Source of the DNA: Bacillota bacterium
GTDB lineage: Bacteria; Bacillota; Clostridia; UBA1381; UMGS1253
Length of the DNA: 64,000 nucleotides
Assembly: GCA_022706785.1 (NCBI GenBank)
Contig: JAKJBW010000006.1
Location: forward strand, 11,306-75,305
Direction of reading: 5' to 3'
Shown piece after piece: positions 46,330 through 56,004 of the stretch. The position numbers and the translations under genes are program-made. The notes below the pieces were generated by a model, which saw only the letters and a list, made by a program, of their open reading frames with translations, made no database searches and was not told where the DNA came from. The number at the start of each line of letters is the position of its first letter. Position 1 is the first letter of the stretch.

Positions 46330-46707
46330 ATGCTTGATCGAAATCTTCAGATTATTTTGCTGATTGTAACGCTTTCATTTTTGGTTTATATAATAAACAT
46401 GGTAAGAAACAAAAAACTGGAGCTTCGCTACATCTTAATCTGGCTCCTTACCGCCGTGGGGCTGCTTGTGATTACCATCCTGCCGGGCGCTATCCATATG
46501 CTGTCGGCTATGCTGCATATTGTGGAGCCGGTAAACACACTGTTTTTGGCAATCATTTTCTTTTTGATTATGATTATTTTTTCACTGACAAAGGAAGTGT
46601 CAAGACACTTTGTGAAAATAGGAACGCTGGTTCAGGAGATTGGGCTTTTGAAGCTTGAAATAGAAGCGCTGAGAAAACAGGTTACGGATAATAGCGAAAG
46701 CAAATAA
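46330..46707 (+). CDS. DUF2304-like small membrane protein
   Basis: 125 aa. The N-terminal TM is followed by VRNKKLELRYILIWLLTAVG, then more TM helices and a C-terminal coiled tail. This matches my recollection of DUF2304 proteins that accompany GT2 genes. Confidence 0.55.
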   Translation: MLDRNLQIILLIVTLSFLVYIINMVRNKKLELRYILIWLLTAVGLLVITILPGAIHMLSAMLHIVEPVNTLFLAIIFFLIMIIFSLTKEVSRHFVKIGTLVQEIGLLKLEIEALRKQVTDNSESK

Positions 46708-46788
46708 ACGGCGGGGCGATAAAGCTATCGCCAGGGTTTTGTTTAATGCGGATGATTTTAGTATGTTTTGCGAGGGGGATCGGGTGGT

Positions 46789-48513
46789 GTGAGTAAAAAT
46801 ATCAAGGTTATGCTGACAACGGAGGGAACCTACCCTTTCCATCAGGGAGGCGTAAGCACTTGGTGTGATATTCTGGTGAACAAGCTGGACAGTGTGGATT
46901 TCGTGCTCTACAGCCTGATGATGAACCCGTTTATCTCGCAGATATTTCCGCTCCCCTCTTCAACGCAGCTTGTCAAGGTGCCGCTGTGGGGCACGGAGGA
47001 ACCGAGCGAATACCTTGAAAGCTCATTTTCGCGGGTGTACCTTTCCAAGCAGAGAACTACCGACGATGTTGTGGAAAAAAAGTTTCTGCCCCTTTTCAAG
47101 GCGCTTATCAGAGAGTTTGTGAGCCTTGAAAAAAATCCTGTGCGGCTTGGCGAAACGCTTTATGCGATGTATCTGTATTTTCAGGAGTATGAGTACAAGA
47201 AAAGCTTTAAATCCGATATCACATGGGCCGAATATAAGCGCCTGATACATGACTTTACTGAGGATGAGGAGAACAAAATAGACAGCCCCAGTGTTTATGC
47301 GCTTATTCAGAGCCTGGGGTGGGTATACAGGTTTATGGTCACGCTAAACACCCCGCTTCCCGAGGCGGATGTGGTGCATTCGGCAGCGGCGGCCTTTTGC
47401 GGGATCCCGTGCGTGCTGTCCAAAATTGAGCGGAAAACACCGTATATGCTCACAGAGCACGGCGTGTATATCAGAGAACAGTATCTGTCGCTGTCCAAGC
47501 GGGGATATCCTTCGTTTTTAAATACATTTTTTATACGCATGATCAACTCGATAATAAGCTTAAATTACGAGTATGCCGACATCGTTTCGCCCGTGTGCAA
47601 ATATAATACGCGCTGGGAACAGCGGTTCGGCGTTGTTAAAGAAAAAATAAATGTCATATACAACGGCGTTGACACCGAAAAGTTTGCTCCGGCTTCGGCC
47701 AAAAAAGTCAAGGATGTGCCCACCGTCGTTTCCATAGCCCGTATAGATCCGCTTAAGGATATTATAACGCTTATCGAAGCCACCGAGCTGGTGGCAAGGG
47801 AAATCCCCGATGTCAGGGTGATTGTGTACGGCTCTGTTTCGGTGGACGATTATTATGAGGAGTGCACACAGAAGGTCAAAAGCCTTGGCCTTGAGGACAC
47901 AGTCATCTTTGCGGGGCACACCAGTGATGTGCCCGCGGCCTATAACAGCGGCGACATTATTGCATCGTCGAGCATTTCGGAGGCGTTTCCGTATTCAGTG
48001 GTGGAGGCTATGATGAGCGGCAAGCCTGTGGTTTCAACCGATGTGGGTGGAATTGCTGAAGCGCTTGGCGACTGCGGGATCCTTGTCACGCCAAGGGCGC
48101 CGGCAGAGCTTGCGGAAGGCATCGTCAAACTGCTGCAGAATCCGGATATGGTGGAAGACATGGGGAAACGCGCCAGGATAAGGGCGCTAGAGCATTTTTC
48201 CATTGAAAAGGTGCTGGAGAACCATTATAATACTTATAATGGACTTATTGCAGGAGATTATCAGCTCAAGAAGACTTTGCCTATTTCACTTTTGCAAAAG
48301 CAGAAGTTTTATGCCGAAAAAGGCTATACCCTTTTGAATATGGGCTATATCAAAGAGGCAATCGAGCAGTTTCGGGAGGCGATCAGCGCATCGCCAAACA
48401 CGCCTACTGTTCCGGTGCTTATGCTTGAAATCGCCAATGCCTATAAGAAAATGGGGGAGCACCAAAAAGCAGATCTTGAAATAGAAAAAATCGGCTATAT
48501 CACAGGCGCGTAA
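46789..48513 (+). CDS. pelF: PelF-like glycosyltransferase (DUF3492 plus GT4) with C-terminal TPR extension
   Basis: The N-terminal MLTTEGTYPFHQGGVSTWCDILV matches the PelF/DUF3492 signature (EGTYPYxxGGVSSW). The GT4 core has SISEAFPYSVVEAMMSGKPVVSTDVGG. The last ~90 aa are TPR-like (YAEKGYTLLNMGYIKEAIEQFREAI...IANAYKKMGEHQKA). The start is GTG 46789 or ATG 46810. Confidence 0.8.
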   Translation: MSKNIKVMLTTEGTYPFHQGGVSTWCDILVNKLDSVDFVLYSLMMNPFISQIFPLPSSTQLVKVPLWGTEEPSEYLESSFSRVYLSKQRTTDDVVEKKFLPLFKALIREFVSLEKNPVRLGETLYAMYLYFQEYEYKKSFKSDITWAEYKRLIHDFTEDEENKIDSPSVYALIQSLGWVYRFMVTLNTPLPEADVVHSAAAAFCGIPCVLSKIERKTPYMLTEHGVYIREQYLSLSKRGYPSFLNTFFIRMINSIISLNYEYADIVSPVCKYNTRWEQRFGVVKEKINVIYNGVDTEKFAPASAKKVKDVPTVVSIARIDPLKDIITLIEATELVAREIPDVRVIVYGSVSVDDYYEECTQKVKSLGLEDTVIFAGHTSDVPAAYNSGDIIASSSISEAFPYSVVEAMMSGKPVVSTDVGGIAEALGDCGILVTPRAPAELAEGIVKLLQNPDMVEDMGKRARIRALEHFSIEKVLENHYNTYNGLIAGDYQLKKTLPISLLQKQKFYAEKGYTLLNMGYIKEAIEQFREAISASPNTPTVPVLMLEIANAYKKMGEHQKADLEIEKIGYITGA

Positions 48514-48622
48514 AAACGGCCTGTTATTCTGTATATTTGCGGCGGTATGTCTGCCGATTTAAGGCATACGGCTGCGCTGCGGGTCTGAAACTGTTTATTA
48601 GGTTTATGAGGGGGAACACGAA

Positions 48623-49054
48623 ATGCCGGTTACCGACAGAGTCACATTGTTCGGATACAGTGCTACGGAAGTTGAAAAACGGGTGGAAAAGATAAAAGCG
48701 GAGTTTGAGGAAAAGAAAGCTGAGCTTGAAGCTTCCGTTTCCGAGCTCAAGGCAGAGCTTGAGACGCTCAAAACGCAGATCGAGCATGAAAAAAACAACA
48801 AAAAGGTTGTCGTGAAAAAGCGGGTCGTGCATGCTCAGGGCACTGAAAGCAAGGAACAAAGTGAGATAATGGAGGCGCTCTACAACGCGCATATCAAATC
48901 CACCGAGCGCATTTTGAAGGTGCAGAAGAATATCTCCATGACCTTGGAGAAACGAAAGTCACTCATACTGATCCGTGAACGTAAGGCCAATGAAATGAAA
49001 AATGATTTGCAGAATCTGATAGATTATATCGACTCACTGGCAAAAAGCTACTAG
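48623..49054 (+). CDS. DivIVA-motif coiled-coil protein (short)
   Basis: 143 aa with N-terminal LFGYSATEVEKRVEKIKAEFEEK followed by heptad-rich sequence. GAGGGGGA RBS. Confidence 0.6.
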   Translation: MPVTDRVTLFGYSATEVEKRVEKIKAEFEEKKAELEASVSELKAELETLKTQIEHEKNNKKVVVKKRVVHAQGTESKEQSEIMEALYNAHIKSTERILKVQKNISMTLEKRKSLILIRERKANEMKNDLQNLIDYIDSLAKSY

Positions 49055-49089
49055 AGCCTTGCTAAATTTAGGGGGAAGGAGTTGATGAG

Positions 49090-50193
49090 ATGGCGTCTTT
49101 TGATTTGAATTTTCCTACCAGCTTTTTTGGCCTGAATAAAAAGGATGTACGCAAATGTTTTGAAGAGCTGGAAAAAGAGCAGAAAAAAGTAATGGAAGAG
49201 CTCGAGAAAAAGAAAAAACAGCTGGAACGTGAAGAACAAAAGCTACAGGAAAGCTTGGACGAAGCCCAAAAAGAGATTGTAAAATATGAAGACGAAATCG
49301 TAGAAACTCCTGGTTTGCCAAGCGAGCTTATTAGCGACGCCTATAAAAGGACGGAAAAGACCACGGCGCTGATTAACATGCTGGCCGATGAGGAAGCCGC
49401 ACAGCTCACCAAAAAGGCAAATGAAAAGCTGGCCGAATACGATATCATGCTTGACGAGCTGCAGGAATCCATCAATGAAAATAAAGAGAAGATCGAGGCT
49501 ATACTAAACGATGTGCTCAGTCTTTTGAAGGCCAATGCGGAAAGCGTGATCAAGAAGGATAAAAAGCCCGATTATAAAGACGAGCTTGCCGAGCCGGAGC
49601 TGTCGGGCAAAAAGGTGATTGACCTATTCCGTGAGAAGCTTCAGGAAAACAAGCTTTCGCTTGAAAAAGAGCAGCGGGAGAGAATGACTGCGGACGGCAC
49701 CTCTCTTGACAATATCAACAAGCTGATGATGTTTAAGAAAAAATATGCCTCCCAGAAAGACGAGGAGGATGAAGACGAGCTTGCCGAGGTGCTTATAGGG
49801 AAAAAGAAGCCCAAAGATGAGCTGTATGATCTGCTCAACGGCTATGATGTTGACGATGATGCCTATGAGGAGCGGGCTGCCGTAAGAAAGCCGGCCAAAC
49901 CGGGGCTAGGCGCTATTGACCGGTTTGCGTTTGATGAAACGGAAGAAGAAAGCCCTGCGGCGGGGACGCGGCCTTCCCAAACCGCAGAGGGTGCGCAGGC
50001 CGGCAGTGAAACTGAGATCAAGCAGATGAGAAACACCCTGATTATTGGCAAGATTGCGGGTGAGGACCTTGTCGACAGTGAAAATAACGTGGTGATACCC
50101 AAGGGCAAGGTGCTTTCAGAGGAGGATATTGCTTTGGCTGAGGCGGCTGCAAAGCTGCCGGAGCTGATCATAAATATGGTGCTGCCACAATAA
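49090..50193 (+). CDS. DivIVA-motif coiled-coil protein (long, acidic) with a small C-terminal globular module
   Basis: 367 aa with N-terminal FFGLNKKDVRKCFEELEKEQKK, long E/K-rich coiled coil, an acidic linker, and the C-terminal IIGKIAGEDLVDSENNVVIPKGKVLSEEDIALAEAAAKLPELI. Confidence 0.6.
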   Translation: MASFDLNFPTSFFGLNKKDVRKCFEELEKEQKKVMEELEKKKKQLEREEQKLQESLDEAQKEIVKYEDEIVETPGLPSELISDAYKRTEKTTALINMLADEEAAQLTKKANEKLAEYDIMLDELQESINENKEKIEAILNDVLSLLKANAESVIKKDKKPDYKDELAEPELSGKKVIDLFREKLQENKLSLEKEQRERMTADGTSLDNINKLMMFKKKYASQKDEEDEDELAEVLIGKKKPKDELYDLLNGYDVDDDAYEERAAVRKPAKPGLGAIDRFAFDETEEESPAAGTRPSQTAEGAQAGSETEIKQMRNTLIIGKIAGEDLVDSENNVVIPKGKVLSEEDIALAEAAAKLPELIINMVLPQ

Positions 50194-50206
50194 AGGAGTC
50201 ACACGC

Positions 50207-51811
50207 ATGATTCATGCAAACAGCTCGGATAACGCGGGCACGGAAAGCATTTTTAACAGCTTGATAAACGAAGTGACCTCAAAGCAGCTGCACCCCGAAA
50301 ATCACTACGAGGTGGCCGCTATTTTGGAGTCTATCGGTTGGAACGACGAACGGGCCTTTTCGGTGTTCGGTGTCGGCGATATTTTTGAGCTTGCGCTCGA
50401 AATTTTCAATGTCATTAATGAAGATATCAGCTTTTCTTCCTTTGAGGAAGAGGTCAGATACTCGTTCTGGCACAAAAGCAATGTTGTTATAAAAAGCTTT
50501 ATCCGCGGCGTCATTTTCGCTTTGCCCATGGCGCTTTCCGTCCTTTCCATGCTTACGCTGCGCTTTTCTCTGTGGTCGTATGAATATTTGTCGGTAGAGG
50601 TCGCCACCTGTATTGCGATAGGCACAATATTCAGCTTCCTTACAGTTGGCGGATTTATGCAGGCCATCGCGCGCCGCGGATTTTTGTATCTGCGGCAGGG
50701 GTATTACAATCTTGCCCGGAAAATCACATGGTATTTTATACGGCTGGGCTATCTGCTTACGGCAGTGGTGACCCTGGCGTTTCTTATATTTAACCTGATT
50801 TTTGAAGCCTTTCCCTACGATATGATGATGATTATCATCGTCTATTATGTGTTTTTGTGCGCTATCTGGTTTTCGGTTACCGTTATGTACATTCTGGAGC
50901 GGGAATTTACGTTTACCGGCCTTATCGCGGGCGGTATTGTCATTGTGTACGTTTTGTTTGTGCTTCTCAAAATCAATATTATCGTGTCGCAGGTAATTGC
51001 GCTCGGTATTGTGGCGATAGTCGGCATTGCGCTCATTATTCATTTCTTCAGTAAAGAGGAGCGCAAGATGGAAAAGGGTGTTGAGCCCTCATTGCCCAAA
51101 CGGTCCATCACGCTCTATACCACCTTCCCGTTTTTTGCCTACGGTTTTGTGTACTTTGCGTTTTTGTTTGTGGACAGAATCATAGGCTGGTCCACAAACA
51201 ACTCCTACATGCCGTATATCATCTGGTTTAGAGGCGCCTATGAGCTGGGTCTGGACTTTGCGCTGCTGATGCTGATTGTGCCCATGGGGGCGTGCGAGGT
51301 GGTTGTCAGCAATATGATGGATGAACTGGCGGAAAGCCAGAAGAACTCTTTTGGCGTGGATTCGCTCACCATCGACAGCAGATTCTGGCGGCTCTATGTC
51401 AGAAGGCTTTTTGTGGTCGCTGTTATTTCGGTGGTCAGCGCAATTATTACCTATATTGTAGTATGGCTTTTGGAGAACAATCCGCTGCCGGGCTTTAGGA
51501 CAGGCTTTTTATCCAATTATGTGACCAATTTTGTGCTCATTATCGGCTTGATCAGTTATGCCATCGTCGCGGTGTCACTGATGAACTGCGTTACGCTTTT
51601 TTCACTGTCCCAGCCCGAAATGGCAGGCAGGGCGGTGCTGATTTCCCTGGTTGTGAACATTGTCGTGGGTTTTCTGCTCAGCAGGTGGATAAACTATTAT
51701 TATTCGGTATTCGGGCTTTTGGCGGGGTCTATTGTTTTCCTTGTGCTGAGTACCAGAAAGATACTCCAGGTGTTTAGGAATCTGGACTATTACCTTTATT
51801 TCCAATCGTAA
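50207..51811 (+). CDS. 12-TM membrane protein (PelG/MOP-like exporter candidate) with ~95-aa cytoplasmic N-terminal domain
   Basis: 534 aa. I count 12 hydrophobic segments after a soluble N-terminus. The position downstream of the PelF-like gene parallels pelF-pelG. No diagnostic motif recognised. Confidence 0.45.
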   Translation: MIHANSSDNAGTESIFNSLINEVTSKQLHPENHYEVAAILESIGWNDERAFSVFGVGDIFELALEIFNVINEDISFSSFEEEVRYSFWHKSNVVIKSFIRGVIFALPMALSVLSMLTLRFSLWSYEYLSVEVATCIAIGTIFSFLTVGGFMQAIARRGFLYLRQGYYNLARKITWYFIRLGYLLTAVVTLAFLIFNLIFEAFPYDMMMIIIVYYVFLCAIWFSVTVMYILEREFTFTGLIAGGIVIVYVLFVLLKINIIVSQVIALGIVAIVGIALIIHFFSKEERKMEKGVEPSLPKRSITLYTTFPFFAYGFVYFAFLFVDRIIGWSTNNSYMPYIIWFRGAYELGLDFALLMLIVPMGACEVVVSNMMDELAESQKNSFGVDSLTIDSRFWRLYVRRLFVVAVISVVSAIITYIVVWLLENNPLPGFRTGFLSNYVTNFVLIIGLISYAIVAVSLMNCVTLFSLSQPEMAGRAVLISLVVNIVVGFLLSRWINYYYSVFGLLAGSIVFLVLSTRKILQVFRNLDYYLYFQS

Positions 51812-51832
51812 ACATGATACGGAGGGCTGGGC

Positions 51833-53806
51833 TTGACAGGGTTTCATGTTAATATGGGGTTGTATTTTTTAAAATATACGCTTGCATACGGGGCACTGTT
51901 TTTTTTAGTGCCATGCTTTATCTTTACGAATATCAAGCCCGATTTGGTGAAGGGACTGGCAGCCAACTATATCAAAATGACGTTTTGGGTCATTATTTTC
52001 GGCTATATCACAGTGCTTTTGCGGCTGTTTGAGTTTATTACCTTTTTTGCTATCGTTCTTATTGCGATTGCTTACAAATATTATAAAAAGAGCCTGACAG
52101 CAGGTAAAAACCGCGGTTATATCGGGGACGACGTGGGGGTGTTGGTCATCAACCATGTCGACCGTGTTGAGCGTATTGAAAACAAGCTGCTCAAATATAT
52201 TGTCAAAACCCTGCGCGCTATGGGTTCAGACATTTCGGATTATTTCGGCAACCCATGGCTTTTTCTCGGTTTTTTGATGCTTTGCGCCATATTTGGTTAT
52301 GCCGGCTATCTGCACTTTCACGACGCCTTTACCAGCGTAGCGCCCGAAGCGGGCGAGTCGTACCTTACCATGGTGCGTATGAAAAGCTTGGGAAGCCGTG
52401 TGCTGTTTACGGATAACATCTATCCGCAGGGGTTTTATCTTGTGCTTGAAACGCTGCAAAGGATGATGCGGATGGATCATTTGTTTATCGTGCGCTTTAC
52501 AGGCGCCTTTCACACGCTGATAACCGGCTTTGGCATGTATTTCTTTGTTTCAAGGCTGACCAAAAGTCAGACGGGCGGCATGGCGGCTGCTTTGATTTAT
52601 TGTGTTTTGGGCATCAGCTATGCACAGAACGCTTGGTTGCGCAATACGGCCACACCGCTGCAGTTTGCCATGATATTTGTGCTTCCCGTCCTGTTCTTCT
52701 TCTACGAGTACATAAGGCGGTCAAGGCGTGAGGATTTTTTTGCGGCATTTTTCGGGGCTATGGTCATCGGGCTTGTGCACCCGAGCGCGTTTGTCTTTTT
52801 GGCCATCGGCCTTGTCACGCTTTGTGCGGCATGCCTGATACGCGGCGCTTCGGGAATTTTTCATAAGCTGCTGGAGGTTATTGCGTTTGTGGTCATGGCG
52901 ACCGTGATCTCTATGATGCCTGTAGGAATAGGCCTGCTGATGGGCAAAGGCTTTGACGGCGGCATGATAGAATATTTGTTTGCGACGGATTATACCATCA
53001 AAGCGCCGTCTTTGAATCTGTTTGACTATGCGGCGATGGCGGCGATGGTGCTTATTGCGCTTCGGGCGCTGGTCAATATCCGCAACCAGAGCCGTTTCAT
53101 ATCACATTTATGGGTACTGATGCTGGGCGCTGTCTGCCTGGGCGGCTATCTGTATGCGGGAGCCGTTACAAAAAGCGTCTATATAAACGACGGGGCAAGA
53201 ATGATCTGGATGCTGATGCTGCCGGTCGTTGTTGCCTTTGGCGCGGAGGCGGTGTTTGCGGGGCTGAGGCTTTTGCCGTATATGTACTACGCGGGGTATT
53301 TCATCGGCATTGCGGCGCTGATAACCGTGTTTGGCTTTTTTCCTCAGCAGCCTATTACTGCTCAGAAGCAGGAGTATGACAGCACTGTGGCACAATACCT
53401 GCGCATAACCAAAACCTTCAGACCGACACAGTGGATGATTGTATCATGGCAGGAGGAATATGCGCTTTCCCTGAGCAACGGTTTTCATATGATGACGGAC
53501 GATTTTCTAAACCGCTACAGCCCGCATGAGCAAGTGCTTGTGGACAGGACCGGCAATGAGCCGGAAAAGCTGGAAATGCAGGATGTGCTTATCTTTTGCG
53601 AAAAGAGAGCCTACAAATTTCCCGGACAGAGCAGCGACCAGCTGCAATACCGCGGCGATACAGGCCGCCGTGTGAAGGAATGGCTTGTCATCTATCAGGA
53701 AAAGCATGATAACCTGACGCTGTTTTACAGTGACAGAAATTTAGAAATATGGCGCATCCATTATGAGATGAGCGATGAGGAAAGAATAGAGCGTCTTTGG
53801 CAGTGA
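51833..53806 (+). CDS. Large polytopic membrane protein with C-terminal soluble domain (paralog A; GT-C-like candidate)
   Basis: 657 aa. It shares DNIYPQGFYLVLETLQRMMRMDHLFIVRFTG with paralog B (DGVYPYGYEAIISALQKLFFIDPAVIVRFYG) and has a similar C-terminal domain. The start is TTG 51833 or ATG 51854. Confidence 0.5.
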   Translation: MTGFHVNMGLYFLKYTLAYGALFFLVPCFIFTNIKPDLVKGLAANYIKMTFWVIIFGYITVLLRLFEFITFFAIVLIAIAYKYYKKSLTAGKNRGYIGDDVGVLVINHVDRVERIENKLLKYIVKTLRAMGSDISDYFGNPWLFLGFLMLCAIFGYAGYLHFHDAFTSVAPEAGESYLTMVRMKSLGSRVLFTDNIYPQGFYLVLETLQRMMRMDHLFIVRFTGAFHTLITGFGMYFFVSRLTKSQTGGMAAALIYCVLGISYAQNAWLRNTATPLQFAMIFVLPVLFFFYEYIRRSRREDFFAAFFGAMVIGLVHPSAFVFLAIGLVTLCAACLIRGASGIFHKLLEVIAFVVMATVISMMPVGIGLLMGKGFDGGMIEYLFATDYTIKAPSLNLFDYAAMAAMVLIALRALVNIRNQSRFISHLWVLMLGAVCLGGYLYAGAVTKSVYINDGARMIWMLMLPVVVAFGAEAVFAGLRLLPYMYYAGYFIGIAALITVFGFFPQQPITAQKQEYDSTVAQYLRITKTFRPTQWMIVSWQEEYALSLSNGFHMMTDDFLNRYSPHEQVLVDRTGNEPEKLEMQDVLIFCEKRAYKFPGQSSDQLQYRGDTGRRVKEWLVIYQEKHDNLTLFYSDRNLEIWRIHYEMSDEERIERLWQ

Positions 53807-53905
53807 TCCTGCCCGCAGCGCCGACCGCCGGGGCAGGACAGTACAGCAAGACGTGCAGCACGAAGAAGGCCACAATACGCCGCAGGCATGAAAGGGGGCG
53901 CAGGC

Positions 53906-55984
53906 ATGTTTCCCATACAGCACACACTGTTTTTGTTAATCAAAGTGCTGCTGGCTTTTGGCATTTTATATATTTTCCTTCCGTCCAGACTGACCGTGTT
54001 TGATGAGCATGGTGATGACTGGACAGACAAAGTCATGGTGTCTATGACCCATTCGCATGTTATTATCATCATCCTGGTGCACCTTTTGGTGGTATTGCGG
54101 ATATATGAAACGATTTCTTTGTTTATCGCCATTATCGCGCTGACGATATTCATCATATCCCTGCGCGCAAAAAGAGCCAGACAGGAGACGGAGGAAAAGC
54201 GCAGTGCGTTTTCCCTGCTGCTGGACGTGGTGGATGGCAGACTGGGCAACAAGACGCAGCGAAGGCAGAAGCTGTCTGAATATTTAAAGAAAGCGCCTGC
54301 GGCACTTATGCGCGGGATAACACATGCCTTTATCCATCCGTTCGACGGGGTGATACTGTTTGCCCTGTTTGGGGTGGCTGCGGCAATAAGGTTTAGCCAT
54401 GCGATGCAATACCTCTACTATGGCGCCTCCGACTGCTACGTTCACCTTGCGTGGGCAAAGTATCTGGGTGTTAATAAGCTTTATTATGACGGTGTTTATC
54501 CTTATGGATACGAGGCCATCATATCGGCGCTGCAAAAGCTTTTCTTTATCGATCCGGCTGTGATTGTGCGGTTTTACGGCGGCATAGGCAGTATGCTGAT
54601 TGTATTTTCCATTTTCTATATTTTAAGAAAGAATATGAAGGGCAAATATATTCTGATTTTCGCAGGTGTTGCGGCGTATGTGTTGGGCACCGAGCTGCCC
54701 AACGAAACCAACAACATCTGGCGTCAGCTGTCCGCGCTGCCGCAGGAGTATGCCGCCGCATTTGTACTGCCGGGCATACATTTCCTCAACGTGTTCTTCA
54801 ACACGGGCAGGAGGCGGTATCTCGCACTGGCGGCTGAGGTTCTGGCAATCACGGTGTTCATCCACTTTTATGCTGCCGCGTTCTTGGGTATCGGTTACGC
54901 TTTTTTGACCTTGTTTCACTTTGGCAAGCTGTTTCGGGGCAAGACATTGCCGCGACTCATTGGATATCTTGGCTTTGGCGGTGCGATAGGCATTTTGCCT
55001 ATTGCGGTAGCGCTCGGGCTGGGCATGAAATTCCACCAGCTGTCCCTAGGCTTCGTTGCAGAAAGCGCTACCGTTTCAACAGCGCTTGACTGGCATACCG
55101 AGATTTTCCGCTACAGGGAAGTTGACCCCACGCTAAAGCTGGTTTTGTTTTGCGCTTTGGCAGTAGCGGTTTATACAGCCCTGCGGGCGTTTTTCAAAAA
55201 AAGCCCGGCATACGCCTCAGCGGCTCCGTTGACGCTTACCATTGCCGCGATGAGTGTATTGTCCTATACTCAGGTCCGCGCTGAGTATATCGGCTTTCCG
55301 TCGCTGCTTGAGTTTTCCAGGGCCAGCACATTCTTCGGTTTTGTGGCTGTGGCGCTGCTTGCCTTGACCATCTATCTTCTGGTCGAGTTTCTGCCCGTTC
55401 ACAAGCTGGTCAAGTATGTTGCCGGGTTTGGTATGAGCGCCTTTGTGCTCATGACTGTGTTCCAGCCGCAAAATTATGCCGTGATGCAGCCTACAGGGGC
55501 AAAGCTTGAGTATGATGAAGCCGCCTACGCGTACTATAAAATAAAAGAGGATTTTCCCATCTTAAACTGGACCATCATCTCGCCGGTTGAACAGTATCAG
55601 CAGAGCATGGGCTACGGATGGCACTACAACCTGTGGGAATTTGTTAAGGACATCCAGATAGACAAGAAGGAAGAGGTATCCTTTCCCACCGATTATGTCT
55701 TCGTGATTGTGGAAAAAAAGCCGCTGAATCAAGCCAAGCCGTATACCGAGATGCCCGAAATTACAACGGAGGATGCGTCACAGCCGTTTCCGGATATGTC
55801 AGGCTCTCCGGAAAAATACTACACCATCTATGAAAACCGCAGAGTCATTGAGGCGAAGGCATATTATTGGATGGAGGAATACATGGGGACAAAGGGTAAC
55901 TTTGCGGTTTACTGGGAAGATGATAAACTTAAAATATATATGTTGAAGCAGGATGGAACAGAGCCGGTCAATCTGGCGCAATGA
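53906..55984 (+). CDS. Large polytopic membrane protein with C-terminal soluble domain (paralog B)
   Basis: About 692 aa from ATG 53906 (AAGGGGG RBS). It is colinear with paralog A, including the C-terminal W-x-I-I-S...EK-K/R block. Confidence 0.5.
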   Translation: MFPIQHTLFLLIKVLLAFGILYIFLPSRLTVFDEHGDDWTDKVMVSMTHSHVIIIILVHLLVVLRIYETISLFIAIIALTIFIISLRAKRARQETEEKRSAFSLLLDVVDGRLGNKTQRRQKLSEYLKKAPAALMRGITHAFIHPFDGVILFALFGVAAAIRFSHAMQYLYYGASDCYVHLAWAKYLGVNKLYYDGVYPYGYEAIISALQKLFFIDPAVIVRFYGGIGSMLIVFSIFYILRKNMKGKYILIFAGVAAYVLGTELPNETNNIWRQLSALPQEYAAAFVLPGIHFLNVFFNTGRRRYLALAAEVLAITVFIHFYAAAFLGIGYAFLTLFHFGKLFRGKTLPRLIGYLGFGGAIGILPIAVALGLGMKFHQLSLGFVAESATVSTALDWHTEIFRYREVDPTLKLVLFCALAVAVYTALRAFFKKSPAYASAAPLTLTIAAMSVLSYTQVRAEYIGFPSLLEFSRASTFFGFVAVALLALTIYLLVEFLPVHKLVKYVAGFGMSAFVLMTVFQPQNYAVMQPTGAKLEYDEAAYAYYKIKEDFPILNWTIISPVEQYQQSMGYGWHYNLWEFVKDIQIDKKEEVSFPTDYVFVIVEKKPLNQAKPYTEMPEITTEDASQPFPDMSGSPEKYYTIYENRRVIEAKAYYWMEEYMGTKGNFAVYWEDDKLKIYMLKQDGTEPVNLAQ

Positions 55985-56004
55985 AGACAGGGGGGATTTT
56001 ACAA

